Virus record (IMG/VR): IMGVR_UViG_3300037991_005359
Location: 1-39,028 of that record
Length of the DNA: 39,028 nt
Strand: one strand, 5' to 3'
Origin: a virus
Lineage: Duplodnaviria; Caudoviricetes
Shown: piece after piece, positions 37,965 through 39,028 of the stretch
Layout of the letters: every line of letters begins with the position of its first letter
Numbering within the stretch: position 1 is the first letter of the stretch
Notes under the pieces: generated by a model
What the model was told of the DNA's origin: nothing
The model's input: the letters and a program-made list of their open reading frames with translations, nothing else
The model's database searches: none
Made by a program: the position numbers and the translations under genes

Positions 37965-38278
37965 TTTTTATAATGAGTATGTATCTTGGGAAAGATAGAT
38001 CTTTTTTTTGCTAACTTCATTGGATAACCAATTTTTAATAAGCATTTATATACACTATTTTCTGATATAAAATCATCATGGAAATCAGGCAAATAAAGCC
38101 TACTCATCTTTCTAAGATAAGTAGACTTCTTGCCAAAGACCTGGTAAAAATCCCAAAATAAAATACAAGATACTTTATATTTAAGTATTTCATCTTCTAT
38201 TTTTTCTACTTCATTCTCCCATTTTTTATCAGTATATTTATTTAATCTTAGATACTTTTCTTTTTTAGAAAGGGTCAT
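37961..38278 (-). CDS. Hypothetical protein
   Basis: 105 aa, overlaps the helicase stop region. Confidence 0.6.
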   Translation of the reverse strand: MTLSKKEKYLRLNKYTDKKWENEVEKIEDEILKYKVSCILFWDFYQVFGKKSTYLRKMSRLYLPDFHDDFISENSVYKCLLKIGYPMKLAKKRSIFPKIHTHYKK

Positions 38279-39028
38279 TTTTCTTATACCTCTTTTGTTT
38301 AAACGATTGATATTCAGCCATCGAAAGAAATTTATTATGAGGCTTATTAAACATCATATGTATTTCTCCCGTTGACCCTCCTCTGTTAGCAGCAACTCTA
38401 ACTGTACATTGTTCTACATTTGGATTAATCCAAGATGGTTTAGGTTCAACAGCTATTGTTGGAGGACCTATAAACATAATGATATATGCATCTTGCTCAA
38501 TAGCACCAGAGTCTTTTAAATCATGCATCTCTGGCATTGGAGCTAATATAGATCCGTCTTTACCTTTAAATGGTCTGCTAATTTGTGACAAAAGTATTAC
38601 AGCTACTCCTGTTTCTTTAGCTGCAATTCGTATTTGATTAGTCATATACTGTATTTCATACGCTCTATTCTGAAATGACATTCCAGGTGTCGAGCTAATA
38701 ATTTGTAGATAATCTACTATAGCAAATTTAATATCTTTATCCGTTGAGTATTCTCTTATTTTAGAACATATAGATTCTACAGTTTGAGCTGGAGAGTCTT
38801 CTATATACAATGGACATTTTGATATTATCTCTGGTCCATTAGATATAAATTTATCTATTTGTTCTTCAGATAAATTACCTAGCTTTAGATCTTTATTATC
38901 TATTTCAGATACATCTGATCCTGCTTTTTCTAGTAATTCTTCTTTGTCCATCTCAAGTGAAAAAATAACAGTAGGTATTCTTTCTACAACAGTAGAAAAG
39001 ATAGCTTCATTTAGAGCTAATGTTGATT
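38265..39028 (-). CDS. dnaB: Replicative SF4 DnaB-like helicase, C-terminal domain (truncated at window end)
   Basis: The frame is open to the window edge: STLALNE (end of Walker A), FSLEM, AIVDYLQII (Walker B), LSQISR, DLKDSGAIEQDA, VAANRGGSTG. Confidence 0.92.
   Translation of the reverse strand, partial: STLALNEAIFSTVVERIPTVIFSLEMDKEELLEKAGSDVSEIDNKDLKLGNLSEEQIDKFISNGPEIISKCPLYIEDSPAQTVESICSKIREYSTDKDIKFAIVDYLQIISSTPGMSFQNRAYEIQYMTNQIRIAAKETGVAVILLSQISRPFKGKDGSILAPMPEMHDLKDSGAIEQDAYIIMFIGPPTIAVEPKPSWINPNVEQCTVRVAANRGGSTGEIHMMFNKPHNKFLSMAEYQSFKQKRYKKNDPF

Noticed and set aside
1-39028. Stop-codon reassignment, as found in some crAss-like phages
   Set aside because: Genes are long and contiguous in the standard code, and TAA, TAG and TGA all serve as real stops.

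Overview
AT-rich fragment of a tailed dsDNA bacteriophage genome, podovirus-like in organisation, read in the standard genetic code. The + strand (1-36432) is the late/virion arm. It runs from the 3' end of the major capsid gene and a terminator through a cluster of tiny Lys/Arg-rich proteins with a holin-like gene, a LamG-type fibre protein, an envelope module with a PEP-CTERM protein, and a 1531-aa Ser/Thr-rich repeat protein. Next come two glycosyltransferase-sulfotransferase fusions, an adaptor-like gene, a probable ejection protein and a 4571-aa polyvalent protein, followed by a metallophosphoesterase, a Zn-finger protein and a minimal C5-methyltransferase. The 4571-aa protein carries the motifs of a two-barrel (double-psi beta-barrel) RNA polymerase (DG, K, K, RxP, DLDGD), plus an LPD23-like domain and a zincin domain. 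The - strand (36501-39028) is the end of a convergent replication arm: DnaB helicase, a PD-(D/E)xK nuclease, small ORFs, a compact pseudoknot and a glnA-type glutamine riboswitch in front of a 20-aa DUF4278-like peptide. The most notable candidates are the virion RNA polymerase polyprotein, a putative virion O-glycosylation plus sulfation system, the phage-encoded PEP-CTERM protein and the riboswitch-peptide cassette. All family calls come from motif recognition by eye; no searches were run.
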